Assembly: GCA_040954595.2 (NCBI GenBank)
Contig: CM082576.2
Span: 10,543,129 to 10,607,128, forward strand
DNA length: 64,000 nt
DNA from: Balanoglossus misakiensis
Lineage: Eukaryota > Animalia > Hemichordata
Direction: 5' to 3'
Shown here one piece after another: positions 1 through 14,322 of this stretch. Numbering within the stretch: the stretch's first letter is position 1; the number at the start of each line of letters is the position of its first letter. The notes beneath the pieces are model-generated. The model saw only the letters and a list, made by a program, of their open reading frames with translations. It had not been told where the DNA came from and made no database searches. The translations under genes and the position numbers were made by a program.

Positions 1-1593
1 ACTTCTATCTAAACAGTACTAAAAATACACTATAATGCTCTGGTAACAAAATCACAAAATTACACCATTTACGTGACCTTTTATGGGTAATAATGTAACA
101 TAAAATACTGATCCAATTTACATGATTTTTTGTCGGTATGGTTTCTGTCAGAGAACGAAAGGTCTCAATTGCATTCCAACTGGTGCATACAAATATATGG
201 AACAATTTTAAATGATTCAAATTTATCAGAAGTCTAGCAAAAAGGGTCGATCCTAGTATCTATCGACTTGACTTGAAAAGTTTCCTTATATCACGTCCAC
301 AATTTGCTCTACATTTTTGAACAATGTTCGTAAGGGCAGGTGGACTTGACTTGAGCTCTGAGTAAACCATTTAAAACACGAACATGGGATTCCTGGTGCC
401 GGAAATTAATGCCGCGTTTTTTGCCATTTAATGTCGGGTTCCGTAAAACATGTGCAAATCCGAACAAAAGAAAACAATGATTGCAATGATTATCATTTGT
501 CCAAGCATCAACACAGTGGTATGATAAGCTACATTTACCCAGCAGTGGTTCAACAACCATTTGCGGGTTTATAAAATTGAAAATGGTTGTAATAACATTT
601 TTTGCAGTAAATGATCGTTTCTGAGTTAAACTTCAGTAACATTTCAAAACAGATCTGGAGCGACTGGCGCGTGCACATATACACCTGTAGATCGCTTTTC
701 TTAAAAAAAGACACCAACCCAACTCGAAAATTTGCAAGCAGCGCGGTTGATAATTCACAAAATTGCGTAAAATGTCAAATTCCTCCCTGGTTGGCTAGAT
801 GCCTTCCGGCATACCTCATTGCTCTGCGGGGGTTTTCTAAGAATGAACTGTTCTTGCGAACAGTCGACCATTTAACAGCAAAACGGAACGCGCGCCGTCC
901 TTTTCAAACCACCGAAATAAGGAACCGCGGGCTTCTTATTTTCGAGTCATTTATGGCATCTCAATGCGGCGCTAGCCCACTGTTTTCTATCGAAGACACC
1001 GATTAGCGACAGAAACACCGTGTGTGCATGTACCAGATTTCGCCGAATTTCACTCTCTTTATGAAAAATGCTATTGAGGGAGATCGTTCCTACTGGGGCA
1101 TCTTGCACTGTGGTTTTTTCTCTCTCTCCACCGTGGCGCGCTGTGTAATCTCGTCCACTTACCAACGCTGCACATTTCGAAGTGCCCCTGTGTTGTCGGT
1201 GCGGTTCCCAGTAATTGAGAGATTGCAAGCATTTTTTTTCTGGCCAGATGCGGTAAATACTGGCAATCATCCACTTAAGTTCCCTGCAATCTGAAGCGCG
1301 GCCAATCGAGTCGTGCTCTGTCTCTACCGAGCAACCCAGTTGGAAGTCCGTCTTGGTGAGCGCCGCTTTCTAACTTCATGACTCAGATACGCCTGTTTAT
1401 ATATTTCTGGAACGCATTCGAATGCGGAAACATTATCAAATCCCTCGTAAAGGTGACATTTTCATAGCACAAATCCGATTTTAAATTTCCCTCCATACGC
1501 CAATTCGTTTCGCTTTTTCCTTTCCTATGTCAACTTGACAGGTCCAAGTCTCAGCCTACCCGCCCATGACGCAATCTGACGCAACGTCGCCTA

Positions 1594-1623
1594 ATAATAC
1601 CCCTCTACTGTCTATGATAATAC
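1594..1623. mobile_element. Transposon footprint-like relic: 7-bp direct repeat around one 16-bp terminal remnant
   Basis: ATAATAC [ccctctactgtctatg] ATAATAC. The ctactgtctatg end recurs at 48666-48677. Confidence 0.5.
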
Positions 1624-4600
1624 CAAGTTATCTAATTTAGCGGTACCAGTCTATAATTTTAATATCATAAAGAATTACGTCATCATATATAGGACGACGG
1701 AATGACAGATTGCGAGGAATTGTTAACCGTTATTATTCGTTGTCAATATTGAAGAAATTCTTACATTTGGGACCGTGGCTGTGTCAATATTAAAACTGAG
1801 GAGATACCTTGTCATTCAGTTTATTACGACCCCGTAAATTTATTTCTATTTCTCGCACTTGGCGGGAAATTGTAGACTTCCCGCCATTTTGACTCGGGTC
1901 GACGAATGACTGAGAAAGGGTGATTAACATGACGACATATTTATACATAATCACACGGTCGGTCCTCTTTTGTTTCCGCGCTTCACTGCGGAGGGTAATA
2001 TTGGGGGGGGGGGGGGTGTAGCCTAGCAACCGAAGGGTATGTGCACGCTACTTGGAAGAGCCCTGGCAGTGTCTGTGAAAATTACGAACCGAGAGGGATT
2101 ATATTTACATCTCATACAATTGATTTAATAAGCCGGAAACAGACAAAGCACGGACATGAAATTGAAATGACATTGAAAGAGCGTTTTCGTCTGGAGTGAA
2201 ATTTAAGAGCAGGCGAAATCGATGTGGCCGTGGCGGTAGGGTCCGGGGCATTAATTAACAGTACGACGATTAACTTCTTCAGAAAAGTTAAAGCACATGA
2301 CATTTTAAATTTGCTGTTAATATAAACCGTTGTTCGCTCACTAAAATATGGAACCGAGACTTGATTGCCCGAGATTGGCGCCCGGTATATTGCTCGGCGG
2401 GGGTCTATTGTTATGCGTGCACACCAGCGCTCGCCTGATCCCTTCCCCCCATCGGCGGCCTGGAACTTGGAAAAAATACGTGGAGACCCCTTAATTTAGT
2501 GGAAATTATTTTTTTTGCGCTGTGGCATCGTAACAGACTCGCGACTACCGTCACACCCCGCGGAATTGTCAAACATCATTAATGGGGTTTGATTTTTAAT
2601 TCGAAGATGGATGATGCGCGCGTCTAAAGAGCAGTCATTTCGTGAAAAAAAATCATACCAGGTGGTACCGTCTCTCTCACTGTTTGCAGAAATGCTCTAA
2701 AAAAGTAAGTCAATTACACACGGGGCGTTAAAGAGGACCCGTCCCCGCAATGATCACACAGTTCCAGTTGATGTGTACGGCGGCGGCGGTGATGAAACAA
2801 TCACCTGTCACAAATTCACGGAGTATTGATAACCACTTCACAGAACGCGACAAAGTTCAATTAATTGCCGCTCTTCCCGGGACTCTATACGCGTTCGTCT
2901 TTCGATTTCATTCAACTGTGAAAGCAGTAACAGTTTTCTTCAGTTTTCTATCTATTCCAGTCTGTCCGCCACTTAATTATGTCATGCTGATCTTCTCGCC
3001 TCCACCGTCTTGTAAAGATCCGCGCTGAAAAACTATCGATTTCAATTTTGGGTCACAAGTTGCGCAAAATACAAGAACATAGGCCTCTAAAGAAGGGAGC
3101 AGTGTAATAGTCCAACTTTGGGGAAATAAAACACAAACCGCGTTTTCCACAATTGTTTTTGTGGTGAGGGGAGACGGATGAGGCGTAACTTTGTCATTGT
3201 GACGCGCACGCGCCAATTCGTGTTGAAATGATGAACGTGTACCAGCCGTAACATAATCCTTGATTCTGTAAATCCCGATGCCAGTTAATGATTTTTACGC
3301 GAAAACAAACTGCGAACACGGTGTTCGGGCCAGCTCTGATCACCGGTGCGCTGTCCATCGCGCGCGGCAACAGCGGATTTTTTTGTCAGCTGTCGATCCA
3401 AAGTACAAATATGTCCCGGTCGGTTTTTCCCTATCATTATCAAAAATAGTTTCGAATAACCAAGCAACACAATCAACTGGAAAAAAAAAATCATCGTGGT
3501 GGGTTCTATCAACGATTGAAATGCCGTCATTTTTCATTCCATCTTCCGTAAGTTAAGGGACTCATTATCAGCCCTATCTGGGTTAAAGGAATTCAGTGAT
3601 ATGTCACCGAGTGCCGCTAAAAATAATTTTCAGCCTCGGAGGAAAGAGAGCCATCGGTTCGCTGGGTTTCCGAAAAAAAAGTGGTCTACAGGGCCCGCAA
3701 ATTAATCTCTGTGTGACAATAACGAGAGCGTTCAATTTAATACAGGAATATTCCAGGATTACTCATTTAAAAAAAAGTTGCCCTACTTAATTAAATGGAT
3801 GATCTTTGGCCGGGGTACATTAGGCGACGCGGAGTGTTGATAACAGCACCTTGTCGGAGAACAATGGATGCGAAGGGGGAAGTATAGGAATAGCAGTACG
3901 CATGAGCTGAGCTGAGCGCTTGCGTATTGGAGCGAAACGGCGCGCGCGCTGTCAGCAATTGGCACGTGGCTGTTAATGCCGTAGTCTGGGTGCTACCTGT
4001 CGCCATGCGAGGCAGCGTTTCCGGACAACAGTCGATATGCGGAATGCATAAAACATTTATGAGCGGAGAGCACGGTAATCTACCGTGTTATAAATAATTC
4101 AACAAGTTTCCCCCGTGTTTTTACATGCTTAATAAATTGCTTTGTTGCCCCAGAAAATAGAAATGATTTTTTCTCCGGTTCTCCGCGAAGACGACACGGG
4201 GTCCTGGAATAAAAAGCCACGCAATCGCGGAAAGTTGTCGTAAGACATAGTGCTTCCGCCTCGAGTGCAGCCAATTACTGCGTCGCGTCGGCCGAATCCC
4301 CGTTTTTATGGATATATTTTTTTGCCCAGCATACGGAATAGCTTTAGTGATAAACGCCGGGTCGATTATTGCGAACATACTTATGAATGCATGCATTATA
4401 ATCCTTTCAATAGGGTAGACTTTGTTAACAATATTTAGTGATTTGTTTTGCGTGACAACAGTTCGGCGCTGGGGACTGCGTCGTGAGCAGTATACTAAAA
4501 AGTCACATCGAACCACGTGGACGACACTCGTTTAAAACAAAACAAAAAACACCACATTGCTTTACCCCGCGAACACATAATCGTATTTGGAGAACTCGAA

Positions 4601-7600
4601 ATATGTATTCCCAGCTGGCCAAAGTGCAATCATGGCTAAAGCATGCTGCAAAGCCTTGCGCTGCCACTGCCTACCAATTTCTGGCTTATCTTTCCAACCC
4701 TCTTGTTTGAACAACATGCCACGATAAAGCGGGAAAAGCACACATATGGTCGCTTATCAACCACTCAACCCAGACAGATATAAGGGAGACGCTGGCGCGC
4801 AAATTAGCGCGCTGGGTAAATGACATTACTTTGGATAGCGATTGCCTGTCTGCCGGCGATATGTCAATTTCATACATTACCATCGCAATCTGTTCTCTAT
4901 AGATGTGTTGCTATTCAAAAAGACGCATGCTGTTACTTTCATTCGATGCCGTCATTCTTTTGTGCGTTTAAGTGAAGCAAATATCATCTCGACCGACAGT
5001 TGACAAAGCTTGTAAAAAAATCAATAATATTCGGGATAAAATATTTATTAAAATCCACGAGGACTGAGTTTCGCTGTAAAATTTTATTGGATGCGCTGCG
5101 CTGTTTATTTGCATTGAGTTATCGATGTTAATATTTTATTCGCTTTAATTCTGTTAAGAATCGATCTGGCGTGGCTTTGTGCCCGTCATTTCAGTTTTCC
5201 CGCATGCTTTGAATACTATATAGCAAACACGACCACAGTGCTCCTCCAGTCAACTGCGAACAATAGAAAATTGGTATGCTGATTGACTGAAGGATCTCGG
5301 CCCTCTGCATTAAAGACCCGAGTTCAGCGATAATACGATATGCCTTGTGTTTATCGACCCTGCCGAATATGTCATAAAGCCGTCTGCATGAATGCGCGTC
5401 GTATATGAGAAGCAATGGATGTGTGTATTTCCAAAGCTCCGTTCAAGAGAAGTCACGGGTCTCTAAAGCGCGTGGGAATAATCTGTTTTTATAGAATTTT
5501 TGTATTTGCTGGCCATTGCCGACGCGGGCATGGAAATTTCCTGCGTCCCGGTGTTTCTCGGTATGAGGGCCGGTGAAAAGTAAATATTGCGTTTATATGT
5601 ATTTGCATAGCGACTCGTGCACCCATTAAAGTGTCAAATATAACTGTCCAACGTTGCTACGCCAACCCTCAAGTCTTCGGTGTTGCCGAGATCAACGCAC
5701 CACGCTGCCATTCCCGAGATTTTTTCCTCCGCCCCCAACTCCTGTTCCGAGGTCAAAGGGTCGCTACGGCAGAGGTCGATAGAAGACGTATATCGCCAGC
5801 GCATTGCTGATTTGCTTGGAATTTGCTTGGAAAGCAGTAAAATTAGAAGCGGGCATGAGATATGGATTCGATTTAATGTTTTGATCGTATTATTCCGATA
5901 AACACTCTTTGTATAAGAATCCCGGACGCAAGAACCGTATCTATCCGCATTTTTTTGGGGGGGGGGGGGACCATAAAAATTTATGCTCATGGTTTCCACC
6001 GTGTGGCGATCCATTCTCAGGTGCGCGCTAAAACCATTATTTGTTGTCTGCAGACACCGTCTAGCCGCAGCTCGTTTTGCATGAAATATTCAGCAATCTC
6101 GCCGGTGAACGTGGACTACATAAATTTATTTTGTGTGTCGGATGACTCACTTCTATTAGCTTCTGTTGTGATCAAATTAAGTAGTCTGGGCCAGTGGACA
6201 CGACGGATCGAGTCATCCGTCTGGCAGTCCCGTATGAAAATGAAGCCAGAAAAAAAAACGATGCAAAGCAGACTAGACGTTCGTCATCCCCTGGATGCGT
6301 CACAGTGTACCTTTTTTTTTTAAAAAAAAAACGGACAGGTGCAATTCTCTGAAAGAAGGTAATTATGCAGAAACGATCGACTGCTCGAACAGGGGAGCGT
6401 TTAAACCCGAACCCTCATCGCCTTTGTAAAATGTTTAGCACCGTCTCGACAGACAACTCACGCGTCGACGACTCAGCGAGCTTCAGTTACGTAAAATAAA
6501 ATCGCGACGAGATTTCTGAACGACTTGATTGAATTCACTCGCGAAGTGAACAGGCCGAATCCCGGGAAGTTGCCACTCAATTATCCCAAATCGGTCCGGC
6601 GCGCTCCCGCAGTCCGCTTAGCGCTATCGCGGGAGAGCGCTTTAAATTTCACTTGCTGGCTGTATCTATCGCGACGGCGAGTGCGAGTATGCGGTCTCTT
6701 TAAGTGCCGAGATATGATGTAGAGCTATTTAGCTCAGATCATTGTCGAGATTGACTGCCGAACACAATAAAAGTTAATATCCTATGCAGTCCCTAAGTGC
6801 TTGTGGGAAGTAGCTGTGCGGAGAAAAAAACAATCGCAGTCAGTGCGGAGTGGTGACGCGAATTGCGGGCAATGTTGTACAAAAAACTTACATACCGTTG
6901 GAGATATAAAAAATGTCGTGAATATTACATCAGTTTTATTCGATCCGGAGGTTTAGGTTATTGTCGAGGAAGGTATATGTTTTATTCTCGTGAAATGTTC
7001 ACTATACGTAAATTGCGGTGGTTTTAAACACAGGTGACGGGCAGGGGCGGGGCGGGGAGGGGGAGGGAGAGCAAAGAGTGAGGGGGAGGGGAGAGAGTTG
7101 GAAAAGGGATGTCATTCGCGCACATGCTGGGGGAGGTCGGGAATAAGGTAGGGAGAAGCAGATATGCACCGTGACACACATTTCGCCTCCTTTGAATCCC
7201 ATTCGCATGAATGTCTCCGTCGTCAGTGAAAATGCGCGATAATTTGGCGGCGAAGTTTCCTATGGTAAAGAAAAATCGCCTAAGAAACATTCCTGTCGGT
7301 AGCAATTTGGCGAGAACGCGTCTGTATTAATTAGGGACACCGCTAAAGTGAGTAATGCGCGGGGTTATAGTGAAAGGTTGGTCTGGGCGTTGATTGAAAT
7401 GGCTCCGCGTTGCGAACCGGCTGACAACGGCGGCACCTTCACAGGCAATTTCGCCGCCGCCTCTAATCATCAGAAAATAGACATGAAAAATTATCGGTGA
7501 GCCTTTGATGCGAGTTAGGTATGTTTTGACCTCGAAGCAAGACGCGAAATGCGGGGCATTCACAAAAGACGCGCAGGCTTGAGATTTGTCGGAGAGACCC

Positions 7601-10278
7601 CCTTTCTTTCATTCAGCGCCGATCCAAAGCGAGGGTTATTTTCTTTCCATGAAAATAAAAAGGGGTTGTATTTTTCCAGTCGATACGGCTTCTGCAGTTT
7701 GGTTCGAAAACGCGGCAACTGCACATGTCAGATTTCTAATACTTTACCCCAGATGCACATACTTTCGTTCAATGATTCTTATTGGCCTTTTCCTTGCCCG
7801 TCCAAAGTATTCATATTTTCACCTATGTTACAAAACACTTGTTATTTGATAACGTCCCTGTCGCACAGTTAGCCACAAAAACGATCATGGCGTACATCAC
7901 CATGGAAACTGCGGCGATTGTGCATCGTTTTGCATCTGCAGCGCATCATTGCGGTGTTTCTTCTTTCGTTGCTGTGTTGGCGTTGTGGAAAGCATAGGCC
8001 TGCAGGTATTTGCATTGGCTATCACAGGGAGCTTTTTAGTATCCGATATTCTCTTATCACATGCATCGGTTTACTCTTGTTCGTTTCTACGTTTACTTAT
8101 ACATACATGGAGTAAATGCCAAACATCTAAAAAGTTTGTTTTATTTATTTCTTTGTTTTACTACTCTGGGGTCAGTCCAGAAACCAATACAGACTACCCC
8201 ATTCCGAAGACGACTTAGGAGAAACTGTTGCCGGCCGCGGCCTATGGCGCCTATTTCGGGGGAATCTCGTATGTAACGCTGGTCACCGGTAGAGGGCCGA
8301 GAAGCAACAAGATATTTAATTGAAAGTTGGCGAGTTTATATTGAAATACATATGGCGATTATTTTAACTTTCAATCTATCACGGTAAGCAAGCCTTGTAC
8401 ACCTGCAAAGGAAACTATTCCTCCTCCCCCCCCCCATTTTGTGAATACTGCCGAATCCAGACAAAAATACACCTCCCTTGGGCCACACGCCGTTTCTATG
8501 TGTTCAGTGATCAGCCGCACGTAATTACATCAGTAGGGTAAATGCTGAAGTAAATTGCGAGACTTACGGGGCTTTCCCGTACACAATTTGCAAAAGGGTA
8601 TACAGGGGGCGAGACTATCCACTCAATTCCCTTACTCCCAGATTTGCAAGGTCAAATTGGAGAAAATCTGCGTTATTATCAGCTTTTTTTGAACAACCGA
8701 AAACTTTCTACGGAGGTGGCCGAAGGGTATTTCAATTTGCAGGAAGTAAAAGAGAGGAACTTTTTAAAGGCCACTTGTTCGTCAGCTCATCATGGCCTCG
8801 ATTTAAAAGAACACGACAAACACGACGGGAATACCTTCGGGGTTTAGTGAACCTGTGCCCGCGGGTTTTTCGAGCCCCCCCCCCCCTCTTAAAGCCCGCG
8901 TGATTAGCAGCCCAGTCGTGATCGATCGACTGATTCAAACACGCCGCTGTAAATCAAGACCGCTGACACGTTTGAAAGTGGTTCGGTGCATTGTGCGTGT
9001 AGTGTTGCAGCTTGGGAGGTACCAGCGACCAGACTACTAATACAATGTAATCGACACACCGACACATCGAAAAACTACAAAGTTCCGATTTCTTCATCGG
9101 ATTTGTACGCTCGCGAGGAATTTTCTTGGCTCGACTTGTCTTACAAAAAGCAAAGCTCTGCCTCGGCTGTTCGGGAAATGCAGCTACGCAGAACTACAGA
9201 GAGAGTAAATCTCGTTGTCACGTTGAATAATATAGCGCGTTAGTGTATTCCGGTAACCCGGATGTAGGCCTACACACGCGACGAGATTTATGCAAAATAG
9301 CCGCCCTAATCGAAGGAATAAATTCCTCTCATTGTAATGTCTGATTAAACTTTGAACGCAATTCACGGCCGGGGCAAGTGGATGACGTGAAAGTCGCCAG
9401 GTCAAGGTGTTTAACGGATGACTTTTTGTGATTAATGATTAATCGCGCCGCGTCTAAAAAACCACCTGTTGAACCTTCGTGAGCAGATCGGTCATAAAGC
9501 GAAGACGTCATGTCATGTTTTGCGCTCAAATCAGACTCCGCGCGTGTGTAGGCCTACACCCCGCGATCTGGGTATCAAATAAAAATGAACGCCGCATTAA
9601 ACCGGAGAGTAGATCATATATTCTTACAGGAAGCCTTCTTTGGCATTTTGCTTGAGTCGCTTTACGGTTATTACGGCGCGATCAAAACTACATAGTCTGG
9701 GCGGAAGCGGTAACGTGGAGTAATGGGGCCGCTTTTCAGCTTTCCAATTTGAAAATAACTGAACACATCAGATTTAATTACCGTAAAGAGGGCCAATTAC
9801 GACCTGGATTTTTTTAATTTCAATTCTTACGACCAATTTGTGTTAGGAGCGGTGCCAAGTACGATTTTCCAATCGGCTCGATCACCGGGAAATTATTATT
9901 GGATGTAGTTTTTATTTTCCAATAAATTGTGAATATTGTTTCGCGTTGTCGTGCGTGCCAGATAATTTCGAGGTAATGAACGCCGAGTCAATATTTAGCG
10001 CGTACTCTGAACTGTTTTGTTTTATTCTAGAGCTAAATGTCGCTGTAATAACATTTAAATTATCCGTGGCATGTCGCATCATTTACATGATTTATTTATG
10101 GATGGATTTGACGTATTTCTGTGGTTTTTGGTTAAATTGTGTTGTATTATTGTATCGTGTACTGTATTGTGTCGTATATGCTGTACGTCAACATCGTACA
10201 TGTATCATGGAATCCGTTGTGTGTTCCTGAGCCCGGTCTTTCACTTTACCTGGTTCTTTACCCGGTTTCCTACATTAG

Positions 10279-10440
10279 GGTAGTATGCGTCTCAAAGATC
10301 GAAGTCTTATTCCTTGTCTCAATGCACCTTCAGACCATTATTTCTTTAAATTGACAATGAAAACTGAGGGTCACCGTGAAAACAAATTGAATGAGAGAGC
10401 AAAATTGTCTCAGATTTGAAACTCAAAATGGTCGTCAATC
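10279..10440. mobile_element. Left part of a degenerate TTAA-type MITE
   Basis: Starts ttag-GGTAGTATGCGTCTC. gggtcaccgtg (10368-10378) and atttgaaactcaaaatggtcgtcaatc (10414-10440) are colinear with the 30192-30505 copy. Confidence 0.5.
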
Positions 10441-10826
10441 AGGTGTACAAAGGGCGTCTGTTTTTAGAATGGATAACAATAACATAGCTTGGATATTCTG
10501 TTATTTCATCTAAACCAGCGAGTAGATCAGCGGTTCCAATGGCTTCACGTTTGACCTCTGAACTTTGTCTACCATATACCGTGCGTGGGAAAATGTCAGC
10601 ACTGGATTGTAGAAGTCATCCGTGACCAGACGCCCTGCAATGAACCGGAATGCATTAATAACACAACTTCTGATGACTAGTCACTGATGTCGCGTTAGAG
10701 TGCGATCATTCGTGTCCTGGTTTCCGAGTACACGCCTTTGTCTTTGCGGGCTAAAGAAAATGCGTCATTCGCCATATGCCCGTGATCACAGAATTTCATA
10801 TGCTTGTCTCTGTACGTTGAATGTGC

Positions 10827-10891
10827 GTATAGTCACAGTCCCTCTATCACATAGATAGAGGGACCATGTGATAGAGGGACAGTGGTACAGT
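10827..10891. mobile_element. 51-bp hairpin micro-element with near-perfect 7-bp TSD
   Basis: GTATAGT [cacagtccctctatcacat agatagagggacc atgtgatagagggacagtg] GTACAGT. 19-bp arms with 1 mismatch; CA..TG termini. Confidence 0.55.
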
Positions 10892-12148
10892 ATATAGTTT
10901 TTGGTGGGCTTTAGACGTTTCATCGTAGGGAATGTGTATAGTCGCCCTGAATGTATACCTTTGTAGTGTTTTGTGCAATTGCCCACAGCTTGGAGATCGT
11001 GACATCTTAATTTGCTCTCGAGGAAAGAATCATGACGATGCATGTAACTTGTAAGAACTATAGCTATTTAGTGAATTATGATGGAAGTGCGGTCTCTCCC
11101 CAGTGAACAACTGAATCTCGCAGGGTGACCTGAGCTGACACATGGAGGCACATAAACCGAAACCTCCTCGATTGCGCAGGCCCAACTTGCGCGCTCCAGA
11201 ATGCGCTCTGCAGTCGCGATGCAGCAAACCTGTCCTTCGGTGATCGACAGTTTCTTCGCCCGCGCCTGTGACGGAGACATCGAAGGTGAATGACCGAGCG
11301 AGCGCGATTTAAAGCGTATTCGACATGAACCCTACGTGATGTACGTGCATTGGGGCGTCAAGGCACCCTGTACTGTCTTTGTTTCACCAAGACTTTCCTC
11401 TATCGCACCACGTGGTGGAGGAACTGCTTCTGTCGAAGTCTAAAACCCAGTGTTCACACCAAATTGATATTTGCAATTGCAAAGTATATATTACTAGGTT
11501 TTCAATGAGTGGAAGTCTGGAATACGCAACAGAATACCTTCAGAGACGTCCAGATAATTATTGCATACCTTATCGTGTCCAACTCGTCAAATCCGTCGAT
11601 TCCACAGGAAAGTGATTTGCGAGAAGCGTGATTTTGCCGACAAGGTCGACGACCGGGAAGTCGATAGAAAAACTGAATTCTTTTGATGAGGAAATACGTG
11701 TGTCAGAGAAGGGCTGGTATTGGTTACAGATGTACTGATTTAAACTTTTCACATTTTTTTTATTTTTGCGTTATGTAAGGGATCTTGAAATGCTCCGTGC
11801 GTGTGTAGCTTGTCAACACATGCAGCCCATGCGGACAGGTACCCCCCCCCCCCCCCCCGCATAATTCCATCACAGGCGCCGTTCAATCTATTACCGAACT
11901 ATATACATGTACATGTATGCTGAGATCCACAATGCTTTAATAGTGAATCAATGGCCCACTGTCTGTTAACTGCATGACAGTCGTGCAGTCTGGTAAGCAG
12001 AACCCTTGCCACATCGATTGCTATTCACACGTCAAGTCGAAACCTTTGTGCACTTAACGCCAAATAATCTATCCGCGGATACTTTCAAACAAACCAGTCG
12101 GTCAATCTTGTCTACCGACCCAGCCGCCCGCCAACACACCCACCACCG

Positions 12149-12195
12149 CCATCCATCCATCCACTCGTCCATCCATCCATCCATCCATCCATCCA
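12149..12195. repeat. (CCAT)n microsatellite
   Basis: Directly visible, one interruption. Confidence 0.95.
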
Positions 12196-13608
12196 CGTGA
12201 CCAGACCATCCACCAATCCATCTATCTATGCCACTCACCTACCGTGTATTCACCAACCTGTCGTCGGTTCAAAGGGCGAGAGATGGAAGTTGATGATATA
12301 TAGGAATGCGAAAACAAAATGCAACTTGAAAATGGCATAGGAATGCGAAAAAACTGGAATAGGGAGAGGAGAGAGAAGAAGTAACACAATAATTACTAAT
12401 AATATCTACACAAAGTAAGAATTATCTTAAATGATATAGACTAAGTACACATCATCGTCCAAACGGGAGCATTGTCCCGAAGGATAAACGTGGCAAATTT
12501 TCATCGGTGATGATCAATTCGCAATTATACGAATCAGAAACGGCGACTATCAAACAGGCAAAAAACTGTCATCTTTCACAATTCCCAAAGTGCGTTTAGA
12601 ATACGCACAAGGTAGAGTAGTGGACGCGGTTGAATTTGATAGCCTAATCTCGCCAGATCGATCCATAAAATGACATTCCTTAATAAACAGTCTCTGCAAA
12701 GTAATGTAATAAATTTCATATTTACATGGGTGATTGCGCCTCCGTCGACACGAGCCGAGAGCAGACGAGTCATCAGAGAGAAATTTGGTACGCTGGTACG
12801 TACTGTCTGATACGTTTATTTAGGTTTGCAAAAAAAAACGTTCTTTACAGACGGTTCTCGTTTTTTTCGAGCTTGAACTGTATTAACAAGCATAGTCAAA
12901 TCTCCTCTTTTGTCGGCAGGAAATTTAGTGTCTGGAAATGTCACCGCGGAGACCGCTTTTCACGGACCTTCGCAGTCGCTGTCGCCGTCCCATCAACGTT
13001 TCGCTCGCCCCGCTCCTATTGTCCTCCATTTTTTGACGCTTTATTTCACTTTGGGACGCCGTTGGAGTGAAAATAAAACACCAAAATGACCCCCAATGCC
13101 ATGGAAACCCGGTCCAGGTGCAGCGCGACGCGCCCAGCCTACTGGTTCCGCCACAATGGAAACAGGGGCTATAAGTTTGGCGGCTTTGTGTGGGCTGACC
13201 TTGTTCTGCCTTTATGACGATAATGTCCTTTGTTTTCTGTCACGGCATCCCACTTTTCTGGGTTACCGGGGTCACGATACATGACGCTGCCGAGAGACCC
13301 CTAATCATTCCGGGAAGACGGGTCATTCTACTGGCGAGGTACAGGTCACGGCTGTCAGCCTCAGTCACCTTGGAAACTCCGCGCGTCCTTTGTTTAAGCG
13401 CGGATACACTGAGGAGGGGGGCCTTGAGAAATTATAACCATTTGGGTTAATTGGTAATCGGTTCACCAGCGTAGAAAAGAAAGAAAATGGATTCAGCTGC
13501 CCCCGAGGCAACACAAAGTTGTTGGTTTTTTGTTTGTTTGAATTTTAGAGCGCGTCCCCTCCCCAGCGCCTTTGTCTCGTCATCTTCCGACACATTTACA
13601 GATTGCGT

Positions 13609-14322
13609 CAGTTTTCTCCACATTCGCAGGAGATTTGGCCCTGTCGAATTTGTAATCGAGGATTTAAAAACCTAAAATTCTCTCGATTTACTAATTCCAG
13701 CATCACGTTGCTACTTAAGATGCCACATGCTCAAGGAGATGAGGGTTCAGTAACTTCCGCAATCAATTCGCACGTTCATTTTTCGAATGCGTTCGACAAC
13801 TAAAACCTGACAAAATGAAACGGGGCAAAGCAGAATCACGTAGTGGTAAAAACTGGAAGGGACAGCAATCTTCAACGTTTAAGTGAAACATAACTCGATG
13901 TACGGGACAAAGCGCGCACTACCTTGGTAATTGCAACGGTGCATCGTCGTAGCCGAAAACCGGACAGTTTTCTCCACATTCGCAGGAGATTTGGCCCTGT
14001 CGAATTTGTAATCGAGGATTTAAAAACCTAAAATTCTCTCGATTTACTAATTCCAGCATCACGTTGCTACTTAAGATGCCACATGCTCAAGGAGATGAGG
14101 GTTCAGTAACTTCCGCAATCAATTCGCACGTTCATTTTTCGAATGCGTTCGACAACTAAAACCTGACAAAATGAAACGGGGCAAAGCAGAATCACGTAGT
14201 GGTAAAAACTGGAAGGGACAGCAATCTTCAACCTTTAAGTGAAACATAACTCGATGTACGGGACAACGCGCGCACTACCTTGGTAATTGCAACGGTGCAT
14301 CGTCGTAGCCGAAAACCGGACA
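13609..14322. repeat. 356-bp direct tandem duplication (2 copies)
   Basis: Copy 1 is 13609-13964 and copy 2 is 13965-14320, with CA microhomology at the junction. Only two substitutions seen (ttcaacGttt/ttcaacCttt; ggacaaAgcg/ggacaaCgcg). Confidence 0.95.
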
